Assembly: GCF_965213655.1 (NCBI RefSeq)
Contig: NZ_CBDBZT010000002.1
Location: forward strand, 90,624-154,623
Length of the DNA: 64,000 bases
Direction: 5' to 3'
Source of the DNA: Candidatus Palauibacter sp.
Lineage (GTDB): Bacteria; Gemmatimonadota; Gemmatimonadetes; Palauibacterales; Palauibacteraceae
In this document: piece by piece, positions 17,601 to 26,095 of the stretch
Position numbering within the stretch: the stretch's first letter is position 1
Layout: each line of letters starts with the position of its first letter
Program-made: the position numbers and the translations under genes
The notes under the pieces: generated by a model
Seen by the model: the letters and a program-made list of their open reading frames with translations, nothing else
What the model was told of the DNA's origin: nothing
The model's database searches: none

Positions 17601-19724
17601 CTGGTAGCGGGTTTCTTTCACGGTGAGGGACGGGTCGTCGCATTCGCGGGCCAGGACTTCATTGGATCCCAGGAAAGAGCCACGCTGCTGGGACGAGCCA
17701 GCATGGATCGGCTTCTGGCCAACGCCGTGCGCTGGGCGGGTGGCGGGGACGGGGCACCCACGGCGGTGCTGGTCGACAACGAGCGCGTTGCCGCGTCTCT
17801 CGCCGCCGAAGGACTCGAGGGAGTGAGCATCGCCGGCATCCGGACTGCGCAAATCCGCGATTGGAGTCAGAGTTCGCTGGAGGACGTCGATGTCGCCGTT
17901 GTCCAGGTCAACGAATGGTGGGTCCCTCACCTTGACGGCGGCGATGTGGTGGCCCTGCGAGCCTTCGTGGAGGCGGGGGGCGGCCTCCTGGTAGCCGGCT
18001 CGGCGCGCCACTGGGACTTCTGGCTGGAACAGGCGCGAGGCCCGTTCCCGGGCGGCGCGCTCTTCGATGGTACGGGCATCTCGTGGAACCGCACGTACCT
18101 TGAAAGCATCGATCGCGCGACGACCGAGGCGGAGACGCTGTTGACCTCGCCCGCGCAGCTGTGGGAGGCGTACGTTCGCGGCGAACCCATCGACGCGAGC
18201 CGGAAGGTTGACTTGCCGAGCGTCTTTGAGGCGGCCCGCAAGGCGGAGCGCTACGCGGAGTTGGATTCGGCCCTCTCACGCCTGGTGGCGGAGACGCCGC
18301 CGCTCCCCGCCTTCGCTACGGCCCCGGAAGCGCGACTTGCGGCCGACGTGGCGGCAACGCTTGGCCCTTACGAGTGGCCCGAACCCCACCCGTGGGCCGC
18401 GACCTTTCCCGGACTGCCGGCAGATGGGGCCCGACCCGTGGACGGCTCCGTCATCGTCGACGCCACCTGGAGCGAGTTTCCCGCCGGTGCTCGCCGGCGC
18501 GAGAGGCGCTTCCCGCTGGGGTTCTATGCGCCACCGGGCGGCCTCGTCACGATCGGCGTTCCCGCGCAACCCGCCACCGGCGCGCTGAGGATCGCCGTGG
18601 GCCAGCAACACGACGATCTGCGGGTCCTTCCCAAGCATGCCACATGGCGCCGGGGACCGCAGGTGCTCCGCACCTTCGACGTGGACGCCGAAGAAATCTC
18701 GGTGGTGAACGCCTACGGTGGAGCGCTTGCGCTGGTCGTCCCCGAATCCTACGCGGGCACGATACCGGTCACCGTCTCGGGCGCCATACCCATGGCCGTG
18801 TACACGGCGGGCGTGTCGAACGCAGCGGATTGGCACGCGACACTGGATGCGGGGGCCCCGCAGGCGATCATCGAAACGAGAGGAGGGATCCGCCTGGTTG
18901 TGTCTGCCGAGGATGCCCGCCGTGTCATCGATCCGGCACTCGTGACCCGTTTCTGGGAGGAGTTTCGCGGGTACCACCTCGAGCTGGCGGCTGAGCCGAC
19001 GCCGCGAGCGTATGAGAGCACCTGGATCTTCGATCCTCACGTCGGGTACGGCGGAGCCAACGCAACGTGGCAGCGCATCGCCCTTCCGCTGAGAGATGAG
19101 AAGTGGGTGCTGCGACCCGGAAGGGCGGACGACCCGGCGGCCATCGTCGCGAGAGACGAGGGCGAGGGCGGATCCGGTCATCGCCCGAGGGTGGACCCGA
19201 GTGGCGCGCCCTGGTGGCGAATCGGCCACGAGCTGGGCCACCAGTATCAGACCGAGGACTGGGGCAGCGGGAGGACCTATCCGGAAATCGGCGAAGTCGC
19301 GGTCAATCTGTTCACTCTGTACACCCTCAACCACTACATCTACGGAGGAAGCGAATACAGCACCCTCCCCTATTCGCCCGACATTGTGGACCATGTCGCC
19401 CTCGACTCGGCGCGCTGGTCCAGCGCCGAGGGCGACGCGCAAGCGATGGACGACGCCCACTTCAAGAAGCTGCAGCTTTACCGGCAACTCATCCACGAGT
19501 TCGGCTGGAGCGCCATGCGCGCCGTGTTCCGAAGCTACTACGACGCGGCCTATCCTCGCGCGACGTACGGGGGTGCACTGGACGGCTTCGCGATTCGGTT
19601 CAGCGCGATCGTCCGGCGCGACCTGACGCGCTTCTTCCGGCATTGGGAGTATCCGCTTACCGAGGCGGCGGAAGCCACAATACGAGGATTCGGGTACGAG
19701 GAGTGGGCGCCGCCAGACTGGTAG
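14676..19724 (+). CDS. Giant surface protein: 4x bacterial Ig-like (Big_2) + two LRR blocks + M60/enhancin-like metallopeptidase; N-terminus unresolved
   Basis: Frame-B ORF. Contains Big_2-type repeats (VTPSKASLFALGDTVQLTAEVRD...), plant-type LRRs (LxxLxLxxNxLxGxIP) each preceded by a cap (ALxALYEATGGADW), and HELGHQYQ in the C-terminal M60-like domain. The only signal peptide lies in another frame upstream of a C10 tract (see the finding). Confidence 0.85.
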   Translation: MGQLRSRAVGSTPNGSPLPPWPQGSAVGQLPASFERQSPARHDLSPKDHDSPTINPVASLSLSAHRCTAAFPDPGWAVATESLPYRSCKPGAGADRTLGGRLEPGASKRDPQATPGRGAVTIASTEREPLLWGFPHGPASPASPPPPPPRPTTVAVTPSKASLFALGDTVQLTAEVRDQRRQRMEGVEVTWSSSPDSVASVSDSGLVTAVADGRAVVTATAGTISRSAVVTVAQLVVSVAITPDTVALSALGDTVRLSAEPRDRRGNHVVGRAVSWSTSDPAVASVDSEGLVTGVDNGSTEITASADDASGRVAVNVRQRVATATLSHSSVTIVAAASVRLEVRGFDANGHAVTGAPYEWSSNAASVATVNTFGLVTGVREGAATIAAMSESARATAEIVVEKNPDRPGLEAFYESTGGANWARRDRWLTGAPISAWHGVETDSAGRVIRLFLPENGNGLAGSIPPAIGTLTELRALVLAGNELTGPLPAEIGQLRALRELSLAGNGLTGSIPPALANLDSLEVLDLSGNDLEGPIPRELGDLSSLLVLRLNDNSLEGELPPSLGRLGRLHTLELQNNPFDGELPPELGSLSSLEHLNASAATEGPLPAELGGLSRLRTLWLLSNRLSGGIPPELGDLRSLEHLGLCCYLTGPIPPSLGNLRSLKFLYLWHNRLTGSIPQELSELPALETLHVEHNDLTGSLSPAFFEMPLLKRLSVFENDLSGVVDPDLGRETQLQARMQATDLCLAPRASTMRALRDTVVAVAYCPPERVARHALAALYEATGGADWRRSDAWLTDAPLTDWWGVETSADGSVVGLDLSDNGLSGIIPREVTALESLVRLDLGSNRISGPLPPDMADMEALRSVGLGGTGLAGPIPLELTHLRLDRLGFSDTELCAPTTPEFTEWLAALRTWSGALCDPPRDEDHRQALVEGLPERPFEDHRMEGVTIGTLGLGVNGGAFSAISLAQDWFGGSLVAGFFHGEGRVVAFAGQDFIGSQERATLLGRASMDRLLANAVRWAGGGDGAPTAVLVDNERVAASLAAEGLEGVSIAGIRTAQIRDWSQSSLEDVDVAVVQVNEWWVPHLDGGDVVALRAFVEAGGGLLVAGSARHWDFWLEQARGPFPGGALFDGTGISWNRTYLESIDRATTEAETLLTSPAQLWEAYVRGEPIDASRKVDLPSVFEAARKAERYAELDSALSRLVAETPPLPAFATAPEARLAADVAATLGPYEWPEPHPWAATFPGLPADGARPVDGSVIVDATWSEFPAGARRRERRFPLGFYAPPGGLVTIGVPAQPATGALRIAVGQQHDDLRVLPKHATWRRGPQVLRTFDVDAEEISVVNAYGGALALVVPESYAGTIPVTVSGAIPMAVYTAGVSNAADWHATLDAGAPQAIIETRGGIRLVVSAEDARRVIDPALVTRFWEEFRGYHLELAAEPTPRAYESTWIFDPHVGYGGANATWQRIALPLRDEKWVLRPGRADDPAAIVARDEGEGGSGHRPRVDPSGAPWWRIGHELGHQYQTEDWGSGRTYPEIGEVAVNLFTLYTLNHYIYGGSEYSTLPYSPDIVDHVALDSARWSSAEGDAQAMDDAHFKKLQLYRQLIHEFGWSAMRAVFRSYYDAAYPRATYGGALDGFAIRFSAIVRRDLTRFFRHWEYPLTEAAEATIRGFGYEEWAPPDW
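15103..15112 (+). repeat. Homopolymeric C10 tract inside a proline-rich linker
   Basis: Ten consecutive C at 15103-15112, read directly from the sequence. Confidence 0.95.
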
Positions 19725-19739
19725 GCGACGGGCTGACGG

Positions 19740-20120
19740 TCAGTTGTCGCTTGCGGCGTTCAGCTCGTGGACAATCCGGCGGTAGTGGCGCATGCGCGAG
19801 GCGTAGGCGAAGCCGAAGAAATACCTGCGCAGGCCGTCCGCCGAGCCGGGCGGAACGTCGGGATCGAAGAAGAGGCGGCAGAACTCCTCGCGGGCCCGCA
19901 GGACCTCCTGACAGCGGTGGCCATGCCAGCGGGGGTCGGCGGCTGTCAGGTCGAAGAGTTCGAGCGCCCGCGCCAGGGCACCCTCGAAGCGACTCGTGCG
20001 CCCGGCTTCGTGGGCCCGGATGGCGCGCTCCACCTCGCTGCCGACGTTTCCCAGTTGTTCGATCAGGTCGAGCTTGGCCCATCCGCCGTCGGCGGCCTGT
20101 CTGTGGAGGGGATGTCCCAT
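19740..20120 (-). CDS. Hypothetical protein (126 aa)
   Basis: ORF with good codon bias: MGHPLHRQAADGGWAKLDLIEQLGNVGSEVERAIRAHEAG... No domain recognised. Confidence 0.6.
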   Translation of the reverse strand: MGHPLHRQAADGGWAKLDLIEQLGNVGSEVERAIRAHEAGRTSRFEGALARALELFDLTAADPRWHGHRCQEVLRAREEFCRLFFDPDVPPGSADGLRRYFFGFAYASRMRHYRRIVHELNAASDN

Positions 20121-20138
20121 CTTGCGCGCTCCGGGCCG

Positions 20139-20492
20139 CTAATCGGCGACGACGAGAGAATCGACCAGGGCGCGAATGCGCTCGCGTGTCCGCTCGTCGT
20201 CCACGCCGCGCGAGCGGTTCCCCTGACCGGGCCGAATGTTGATCAGCGCATCGAACTCGAGCCAGTCCGGCCCTTCTTCGTCCAGATAGAGGTTGATGCC
20301 CCAGAGATCCTGCTGGCGCGAGCCGTCTTCGAGGAGCAGAGCCTCATCGTCCGCGTGCAGGTCTCCACCGATGGCCATGATCCGCCTGGACACGTCGACG
20401 ACGGCCTTGATCCAGTCGCCGAACTGCATCTCGGCCAGGTCGGCGAGCTCCGCGCGGGAGATGGATTGCGAGATGATGCGTCCCGCCGTCAA
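20139..20492 (-). CDS. DUF5674-like hypothetical protein (start uncertain; the ORF extends to 20588)
   Basis: FGDWIKAVVDVSRRIMAIGGDLHADDEALLLEDGSRQQDLWGINLY matches my recollection of the DUF5674 family. A TTG at 20492 gives a family-typical N-terminus. Confidence 0.6.
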   Translation of the reverse strand: MTAGRIISQSISRAELADLAEMQFGDWIKAVVDVSRRIMAIGGDLHADDEALLLEDGSRQQDLWGINLYLDEEGPDWLEFDALINIRPGQGNRSRGVDDERTRERIRALVDSLVVAD

Positions 20493-20669
20493 AGCGTCGC
20501 CTCCGCAAGAAGGTGTTGGGAATGAAGTGTACACGGTGAAGCTGAGCGGTGGAGCAGGCAACGTAATCGTCGTCCCCTCGACCCGCACTGCGGGCTCTTG
20601 ACGGGGCGACCGGCGCGGGCAGATTCGCCATTGGTCACGGCCAGCTCCCCGCGCTCAACGGAGGAACAG

Positions 20670-21500
20670 ATGCAAGCGGCAAGACGTATCCCCAGGACAT
20701 GCCTCGGCGGTCTCGCGCTCGTGCTTCTCATCGGGGTGCAGCAGGCGTGCCAGCCGGAAACCGAGGATCAGACGGAGGGGGAGGGGGAGATGGCTGCGGA
20801 ACACGCCGAGGATGCCGGCGGCGCCGAAGTCCACTGGGGTTACGAAGGCGACACCGGCCCCGAAATGTGGGGCGGGCTCGACGCCTCCTTCGCGGTCTGC
20901 GACACCGGCGTCGAGCAGTCTCCGGTCGATCTCACGGCCGCGACCCCGGCCGGCGCGGGGGACGGCGGCCTCGATATCCAGTGGCAGCCCACCGAGGCGG
21001 AGGTCGTGGACAACGGCCACACGATCCAGGTCAACGTGGCGGAGGGGAGTTCCATCGCCCTGGAGGGCAGGCAGTTCTCGCTCGTGCAGTTCCATTTCCA
21101 CCTCCCGAGCGAGCACACGGTCGACGGCGCGGCCTCCCCGATGGAGGTGCATTTCGTGCACGCGGCCGAGGAGGGAGACCTCGCCGTGATCGGAGTCTTC
21201 ATGGAGGCGGGCGACGCCGACCCGACCATCCAGAGCCTGTGGGAGGCCATTCCCGGCCCCGACGAGTCGCCCCCAGCGGTCGGCGCGCTCGATCCTGGTT
21301 CGCTGCTTCCCGAGGGGCGCGGCTACTTCCGCTACCAGGGTTCGCTGACCACGCCGCCCTGTTCGGAGGTCGTGAGCTGGGTGGTGATGACGGAGTCGAT
21401 CTCCGTCTCGCAAGCGCAGGTCGATGCCTTCGCGGCGCTCTATCCGATGAACGCGCGCCCCGTGCAGCCGCTGAACGGGCGAGACGTTCGGCTGTACTAG
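20670..21500 (+). CDS. Alpha-class carbonic anhydrase (secreted)
   Basis: GGAGGA RBS followed by an ATG at 20670. Contains a signal or lipoprotein-like N-terminus, HWGYEG...SPVDL, and the QFHFHLPSEHTVDG zinc-ligand motif. Confidence 0.9.
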   Translation: MQAARRIPRTCLGGLALVLLIGVQQACQPETEDQTEGEGEMAAEHAEDAGGAEVHWGYEGDTGPEMWGGLDASFAVCDTGVEQSPVDLTAATPAGAGDGGLDIQWQPTEAEVVDNGHTIQVNVAEGSSIALEGRQFSLVQFHFHLPSEHTVDGAASPMEVHFVHAAEEGDLAVIGVFMEAGDADPTIQSLWEAIPGPDESPPAVGALDPGSLLPEGRGYFRYQGSLTTPPCSEVVSWVVMTESISVSQAQVDAFAALYPMNARPVQPLNGRDVRLY

Positions 21501-23386
21501 CGGCCGAGCGTTCTCCCGCCGCGGCGGGGGTCGGACCAGCCCGTCCAGGAGCCGTCGGGCATCGCCATGATGAGCTGGAGGTCGCCGGACATGCCGCCCG
21601 TGAAGTACGCGTCGGGCGGGCCCGGGTCGCGCTCGCGGACGGTGTGTCCCAGCGCCTCCAGCGCACCGACGGTGACCGCCCCGAGTCCCCCGTATTCGTG
21701 GAAGACGAGGTCGGGGAGGTGCTGGTGGTGGACGCGTGGCGCGTGGACCGCCTGCACGACGTTCATCCCGTGGTCGACGACGTTGAAGATCGACTGCAGC
21801 ACCGTGGTGATGATGGTGGCGCCGCCGGGGGTTCCGGTGACGAGGAAGAGGTCGCCGTCCGGGTCCTCGACGATGGTGGGGCTCATCGCCGACAGCATGC
21901 GCTTGCCGGGGCCGATCGCGTTGCGCTCGCCCTGGACGAGGCCGAACTGGTTCGGGGTGCCGGGCTTGGAGGCGAAGTCGTCCATCGTGTTGTTGAGGAA
22001 GAACCCCGCGCCGTCCACGACGACCTTGCCGCCGTACCACGAGTTGATGCTCGTCGTGACGGCGACCGCATTGCCTTCGGAGTCGACGACGGAGTAGTGG
22101 GTCGTGTGACTCTCATCGAGGAAGGTATCGATCCCGGGATTCACCTCGGCTGAGGGGGTCGCCCGCTCGGCGGAGATCGTCGCCGCGCGGCGGTCCGCGT
22201 ACACCTCCGAGAGGAACTCGTCGACGGGAAGCTCGACGAAGTCGGGATCGGCGAGATACTCGTTGCGGTCGGCGTAGGCGCGCCGGAAGGACTCGGCCAT
22301 GAGGTGGATCGTCTCGGGGCTGTTCCAACCCATCGCGCCCAGGTCCCAGCGCTCCACGATGTTGGCGATTGCGGCCATCGTGAGGCCGCCGGAGGACGGG
22401 GGCGGCATCGAGTGCACCGTGTAGCCGCGGTAGTCGAAGGCGGCCGGGTCGCGCCACACCGTCTCGTAGCGGTCGAGGTCCTCGAGCGTGATGATCCCGC
22501 CGCCGCGCTCCATCTCGGCCACGATCAGAGCGGCGGTCTCTCCGCGGTAGAAATCGTCGGGCCCCTGGTCGCGGAGGCGCGTGAGGACGGCGGCGAGATC
22601 CGGCTGCGCGAAGGTGTCGCCGATGCCGGGAACGGCGTCGCCGGGAAGGAAGACGCGCGCGCTGTGCGCGAAGGCGCGGATTCCGTTCTGCGCCGCGTCG
22701 AGGGTCGACACGAGGCGCGTGGTGACCTCGAACCCGTTCGCGAGGTCGATGGCGGGTTGCACCACGTCCGTCCACTCGAGCGTGCCGAAACGCTGCTGCG
22801 CCTCCCACAGCCCGGACACGGTTCCGGGGACGCCCGCCGCGAGGTGTCCCAGAACGGAGCGGTCGGTCACGTTTCCGTCCGCGTCGAGGTACATGTCGCG
22901 GGTGGCCGCCAAGGGCGCCTTCTCACGGTGGTCCTGTGCGAAGACGGTGCCGTCGGCGAGGCGGACCATCATGAAGCCGCCGCCTCCCAGGTTGCCCGCC
23001 TCAGGGTTCACCACGGCGAGCGCCAGACCGGTGGCGACGGCCGCATCGACTGCGTTGCCGCCGGCCGCGAGGATCTCGACGCCGACGCGCGATGCGTATT
23101 CGTCGGTGGAGGCGACCATGCCCTCGGTGGCCGAGACGGGCGCATCTTCGGCCGCGAAGGGCCACCCCTGAGGGAAGGCGCCGCCCGCCTCGACGAAAGC
23201 GCTGGTCGTGGTGCCGGCCACGCCGGTGGCGGCGCCGTCTGCGGCTCCCCCTCCCGTGCCGTCGGACTGGCAGCCGCCACCAACGAGGGCCAGCAGCGCG
23301 AGGACCGCGCCGAACCTGAGCAGGACCCCTCCACGGAACGCGGCCCTGATTGGACCTCGAGTATCGACCCCGCGTGCATCGTGCAT
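21497..23386 (-). CDS. ggt: Gamma-glutamyltransferase
   Basis: 629 aa with a lipoprotein-type signal (LVGGGC), the autoprocessing region ESHTTHYSVVDSEGNAVAVTTSIN, and GFFLNNTMDDF. Confidence 0.92.
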   Translation of the reverse strand: MHDARGVDTRGPIRAAFRGGVLLRFGAVLALLALVGGGCQSDGTGGGAADGAATGVAGTTTSAFVEAGGAFPQGWPFAAEDAPVSATEGMVASTDEYASRVGVEILAAGGNAVDAAVATGLALAVVNPEAGNLGGGGFMMVRLADGTVFAQDHREKAPLAATRDMYLDADGNVTDRSVLGHLAAGVPGTVSGLWEAQQRFGTLEWTDVVQPAIDLANGFEVTTRLVSTLDAAQNGIRAFAHSARVFLPGDAVPGIGDTFAQPDLAAVLTRLRDQGPDDFYRGETAALIVAEMERGGGIITLEDLDRYETVWRDPAAFDYRGYTVHSMPPPSSGGLTMAAIANIVERWDLGAMGWNSPETIHLMAESFRRAYADRNEYLADPDFVELPVDEFLSEVYADRRAATISAERATPSAEVNPGIDTFLDESHTTHYSVVDSEGNAVAVTTSINSWYGGKVVVDGAGFFLNNTMDDFASKPGTPNQFGLVQGERNAIGPGKRMLSAMSPTIVEDPDGDLFLVTGTPGGATIITTVLQSIFNVVDHGMNVVQAVHAPRVHHQHLPDLVFHEYGGLGAVTVGALEALGHTVRERDPGPPDAYFTGGMSGDLQLIMAMPDGSWTGWSDPRRGGRTLGR

Positions 23387-23434
23387 CTGAAATGACTCCC
23401 CTGGAGATGTAAATCCGTTCTCGGACTTCCGCGA

Positions 23435-23659
23435 TCAGCGGTGTTCGACGAACTCGTCAACCGGCATGCCGACATCGCGGGCGATGCGCCGAAGCAGGAT
23501 AGGTGACACGTCGCGGCCTCCATGGACCGGTACGGTGGTCGCGCGGCCACCGGGATGCCGAAACCGCTTGTGAGAACCGCGTTGCCGAACTTCCTTGAAG
23601 CCAAGCGTGCTGAGGATCGCGATGACTTGACGCGGCTTGAGGACGGGTACCGGCGGCAC
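23435..23659 (-). CDS. hicA: HicA-family mRNA interferase toxin
   Basis: 74 aa: LKPRQVIAILSTLGFKEVRQRGSHKRFRHPGGRATTVPVHGGRDV. Confidence 0.88.
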   Translation of the reverse strand: MPPVPVLKPRQVIAILSTLGFKEVRQRGSHKRFRHPGGRATTVPVHGGRDVSPILLRRIARDVGMPVDEFVEHR

Positions 23660-23665
23660 CCGACG

Positions 23666-23875
23666 TTAGGTCACGACTACAGTCTGGGTACCGACGTATT
23701 CGCCCACGAACGCAGGCGGTCCCTCAGCCAGAAGCATGGCAATCACTTCCTTGAGGTTGCCATTCAACTCCTCAAGCGTCTCGCCCTGGCTATGCGCCCC
23801 CGGGAAGCCGGGTACGTAGCCCACATAGAGGTCCGTATCCGGGCAGCGCTCCACGACAGCTGTATAGATTTGCAT
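23666..23875 (-). CDS. hicB: HicB-family antitoxin
   Basis: MQIYTAVVERCPDTDLYVGYVPGFPGAHSQGETLEELNGNLKEVIAMLL, located directly upstream of hicA. Confidence 0.85.
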   Translation of the reverse strand: MQIYTAVVERCPDTDLYVGYVPGFPGAHSQGETLEELNGNLKEVIAMLLAEGPPAFVGEYVGTQTVVVT

Positions 23876-24058
23876 CGACCGAGATCCCTGTCCTTGATTG
23901 CACATACCATTCTAGCCGCCCCCCCGCACGGCGGCCAACGCACGGCGCGGTGCGCGCGGCGACCGAGGGCAAACGCTTGGTCGTCGCGGGTTCGCTGGCG
24001 CCACTCGTAGCCCGCCGCGCGTTTCGCCGCAGCCTTCGCGTGCCGTAGACTGGCCGTC

Positions 24059-25684
24059 ATGGAACTTGCCGAGTTGAGCATCGACCGCTCGTCGTCCCCC
24101 GCGCGGCTCGTCTACGGAGAGCGGTTCAACGCGGCGTCCTGGTACATCGACCGACACCTGACCGAGGGACGGGCCGACAAGGTTGCCATCGAGCAGGCCG
24201 GGATGGCGGTCACCTACCGGGAGCTGGCTCAGCGCGTCGGGCAGGCAGGGAACACGCTCCTCGGGCTCGGGTTCGTGCCGGGCGACCGCATGCTGATGGT
24301 CGTGAAGGACTGTCCCGAGTTTTTCTACTTCTTCTGGGGGGCGATCAAGGCGGGGATCGTGCCTGTGCCCGTGAGCTACCTCATGCGGGCACGGGATCTC
24401 GCGTTCATGATCGACGACTCCGGGTGTCGAGCGGTTGTCTACTCTCCCGAGTTTGCGGCGGAGGTCGTGCCGGGGCTGGCGGCGGCGGGCACGGGCGCGC
24501 GCGGGCTAGCGCTCGACGCGGAGCGCGGCATACTCGGCGACGTGGCCGCGGCCCCTCCCGAGCTGGAGGCGGCGCCGGCCCGGCCGGAGGACATCGCGTT
24601 CTGGCTATATTCCTCCGGGACGACGGGGCGTCCCAAAGGGGTGCCGCACCGCCACCGCGACATGCCGGCCACCTGTGAGCACTACGCGGTCGGGATCCTC
24701 GGTCTGGGCGAGGAGGACCGCTGCTACTCCGCGGCGAAGCTCTTCTTCGCGTACGGGCTCGGGAACGCGATGACCTTCCCGCTGTGGGTCGGCGGCACCG
24801 CGATCCTCGACGCGCGGCGGCCAACGCCCGAGACCACCTTCGAGACGATCGAGACGTTGCGGCCGACGGCGTACTTCGGCGTGCCGACGCTGTACGCGGC
24901 CCAACTCCAGGCGCTGGACCTGGCGGAGGCTGCCCGTGGCGGCGCGGCAGGGCAGGGCGGCCCGGATCTGAGTTCGCTCAGGCTCTGCGTCTCCGCGGGC
25001 GAGGCGCTGCCACCGGACCTCTTCCGGCGCTGGAAGGCGGCGACGGGGATCGAGATCCTGGACGGGATCGGCTCCACGGAGGCGCTCCACATCTTCATCT
25101 CGAACGCGCCGGGGGACGTGAAGCCCGGGAGCACGGGCCGCGTCGTCCCCGGATACGAGGCGCGCATCCTCGACGAGGAGGGGGCCGAGGCAGGCCCCGG
25201 CGAGGCGGGACAGCTCGAGATCCGCGGCGACTCGACGACCCCAGGCTACTGGAACCGTCCCGAACTCGAGGCACGGACGATCGTGGACGGCTGGCTCCGC
25301 ACTGGCGACCAGTACGTGCGCGACGCGGAGGGCTGGTTCCACTACCAGGGGCGCGCCGACGACATGATCAAGGTGGGGGGGATCTGGTGCTCCCCGTTCG
25401 ACATCGAGGCCCGCCTCATGGATCACCCGTTGGTGCTGGAGGCGGCGGTCGTGGGCCGAGAGGACGACCACGGTCTGGTGAAGCCGGAGGCGCACGTGGT
25501 GCTCACCGAGCCGCTGAGGGAGACGGTGGGCGCCGAACCGGCCGCCGACGCGCTCACGGCGGAACTCGTCGCGCATTGCCGGGAGGGCCTCCCGCGCTAC
25601 ATGTACCCTCGCTGGATCCGGTTCGTAGCGGCGCTGCCGAAGACGGCGACCGGCAAGATCCAGCGCTTCCGGCTTCGTTCGTGA
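24059..25684 (+). CDS. Benzoate-CoA ligase family AMP-dependent synthetase
   Basis: 541 aa with the AMP-binding motif LYSSGTTGRPKGVPHRH, GDQYVRDAEGWFHYQGRADDMIKVGGIWCSP, and the C-terminal PKTATGKIQRF. Confidence 0.88.
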   Translation: MELAELSIDRSSSPARLVYGERFNAASWYIDRHLTEGRADKVAIEQAGMAVTYRELAQRVGQAGNTLLGLGFVPGDRMLMVVKDCPEFFYFFWGAIKAGIVPVPVSYLMRARDLAFMIDDSGCRAVVYSPEFAAEVVPGLAAAGTGARGLALDAERGILGDVAAAPPELEAAPARPEDIAFWLYSSGTTGRPKGVPHRHRDMPATCEHYAVGILGLGEEDRCYSAAKLFFAYGLGNAMTFPLWVGGTAILDARRPTPETTFETIETLRPTAYFGVPTLYAAQLQALDLAEAARGGAAGQGGPDLSSLRLCVSAGEALPPDLFRRWKAATGIEILDGIGSTEALHIFISNAPGDVKPGSTGRVVPGYEARILDEEGAEAGPGEAGQLEIRGDSTTPGYWNRPELEARTIVDGWLRTGDQYVRDAEGWFHYQGRADDMIKVGGIWCSPFDIEARLMDHPLVLEAAVVGREDDHGLVKPEAHVVLTEPLRETVGAEPAADALTAELVAHCREGLPRYMYPRWIRFVAALPKTATGKIQRFRLRS

Positions 25685-25834
25685 TCGTGCGCCTGCCCTG
25701 ACCTCACGCTGTGCTTCTCCCTCGCAGCACACCTTCCCGAGTCGGGCCGTGTAAGGTTTGGCGTTCTTCCGGCATCCAAGAGGGACGGGTGTAACACCAC
25801 GTCCTTCCATCATCCCCATAGCCAGGAGAGCTGC

Positions 25835-26092
25835 ATGTCAACACGCAAGGCGGGGTTTCTCGAGGACCATCAGGGCAATGCATCGTCCATGCGGTTGATG
25901 AGCATCACCGCGCTCGGTGCGAGCGTCGCCTTCGGGCTGATCTCGGTGCTGCATCCGGCGGCGCGGAGCGAGGCGAACGGGCTGTACATCACGATGGCGT
26001 TCCTGCTTGCCGCTTTTGCTCCGAAGGCGCTCCAGAAATTCGCCGAGGCGAAGTTCCCCCAGCTGTCCGCGAACCGGGAAGCCGCGGAGTAG
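25835..26092 (+). CDS. Small membrane protein (85 aa, two predicted TM helices)
   Basis: MSTRKAGFLEDHQGNASSMRLMSITALGASVAFGLISVL...LYITMAFLLAAFAPKAL. Its stop lies 3 nt before the next gene. Confidence 0.6.
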   Translation: MSTRKAGFLEDHQGNASSMRLMSITALGASVAFGLISVLHPAARSEANGLYITMAFLLAAFAPKALQKFAEAKFPQLSANREAAE

Positions 26093-26095
26093 CCG

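Noticed and set aside
16776-19643. Long minus-strand ORFs (16776-18011, 18276-19643 and others) inside the M60/LRR gene
   Set aside because: They are antisense shadow frames rich in R/G/P, with no motifs. The plus-strand frame has unambiguous Big_2, LRR and HExxH content.
20655-22153. 461-aa minus-strand and 484-aa plus-strand ORFs overlapping the carbonic anhydrase and GGT genes
   Set aside because: The same shadow-ORF pattern. The real genes are 20670-21500 (+) and 21497-23386 (-).
24605-25819. 404-aa minus-strand ORF inside the CoA-ligase gene
   Set aside because: It is an antisense shadow ORF. The plus strand carries the AMP-binding signature motifs.
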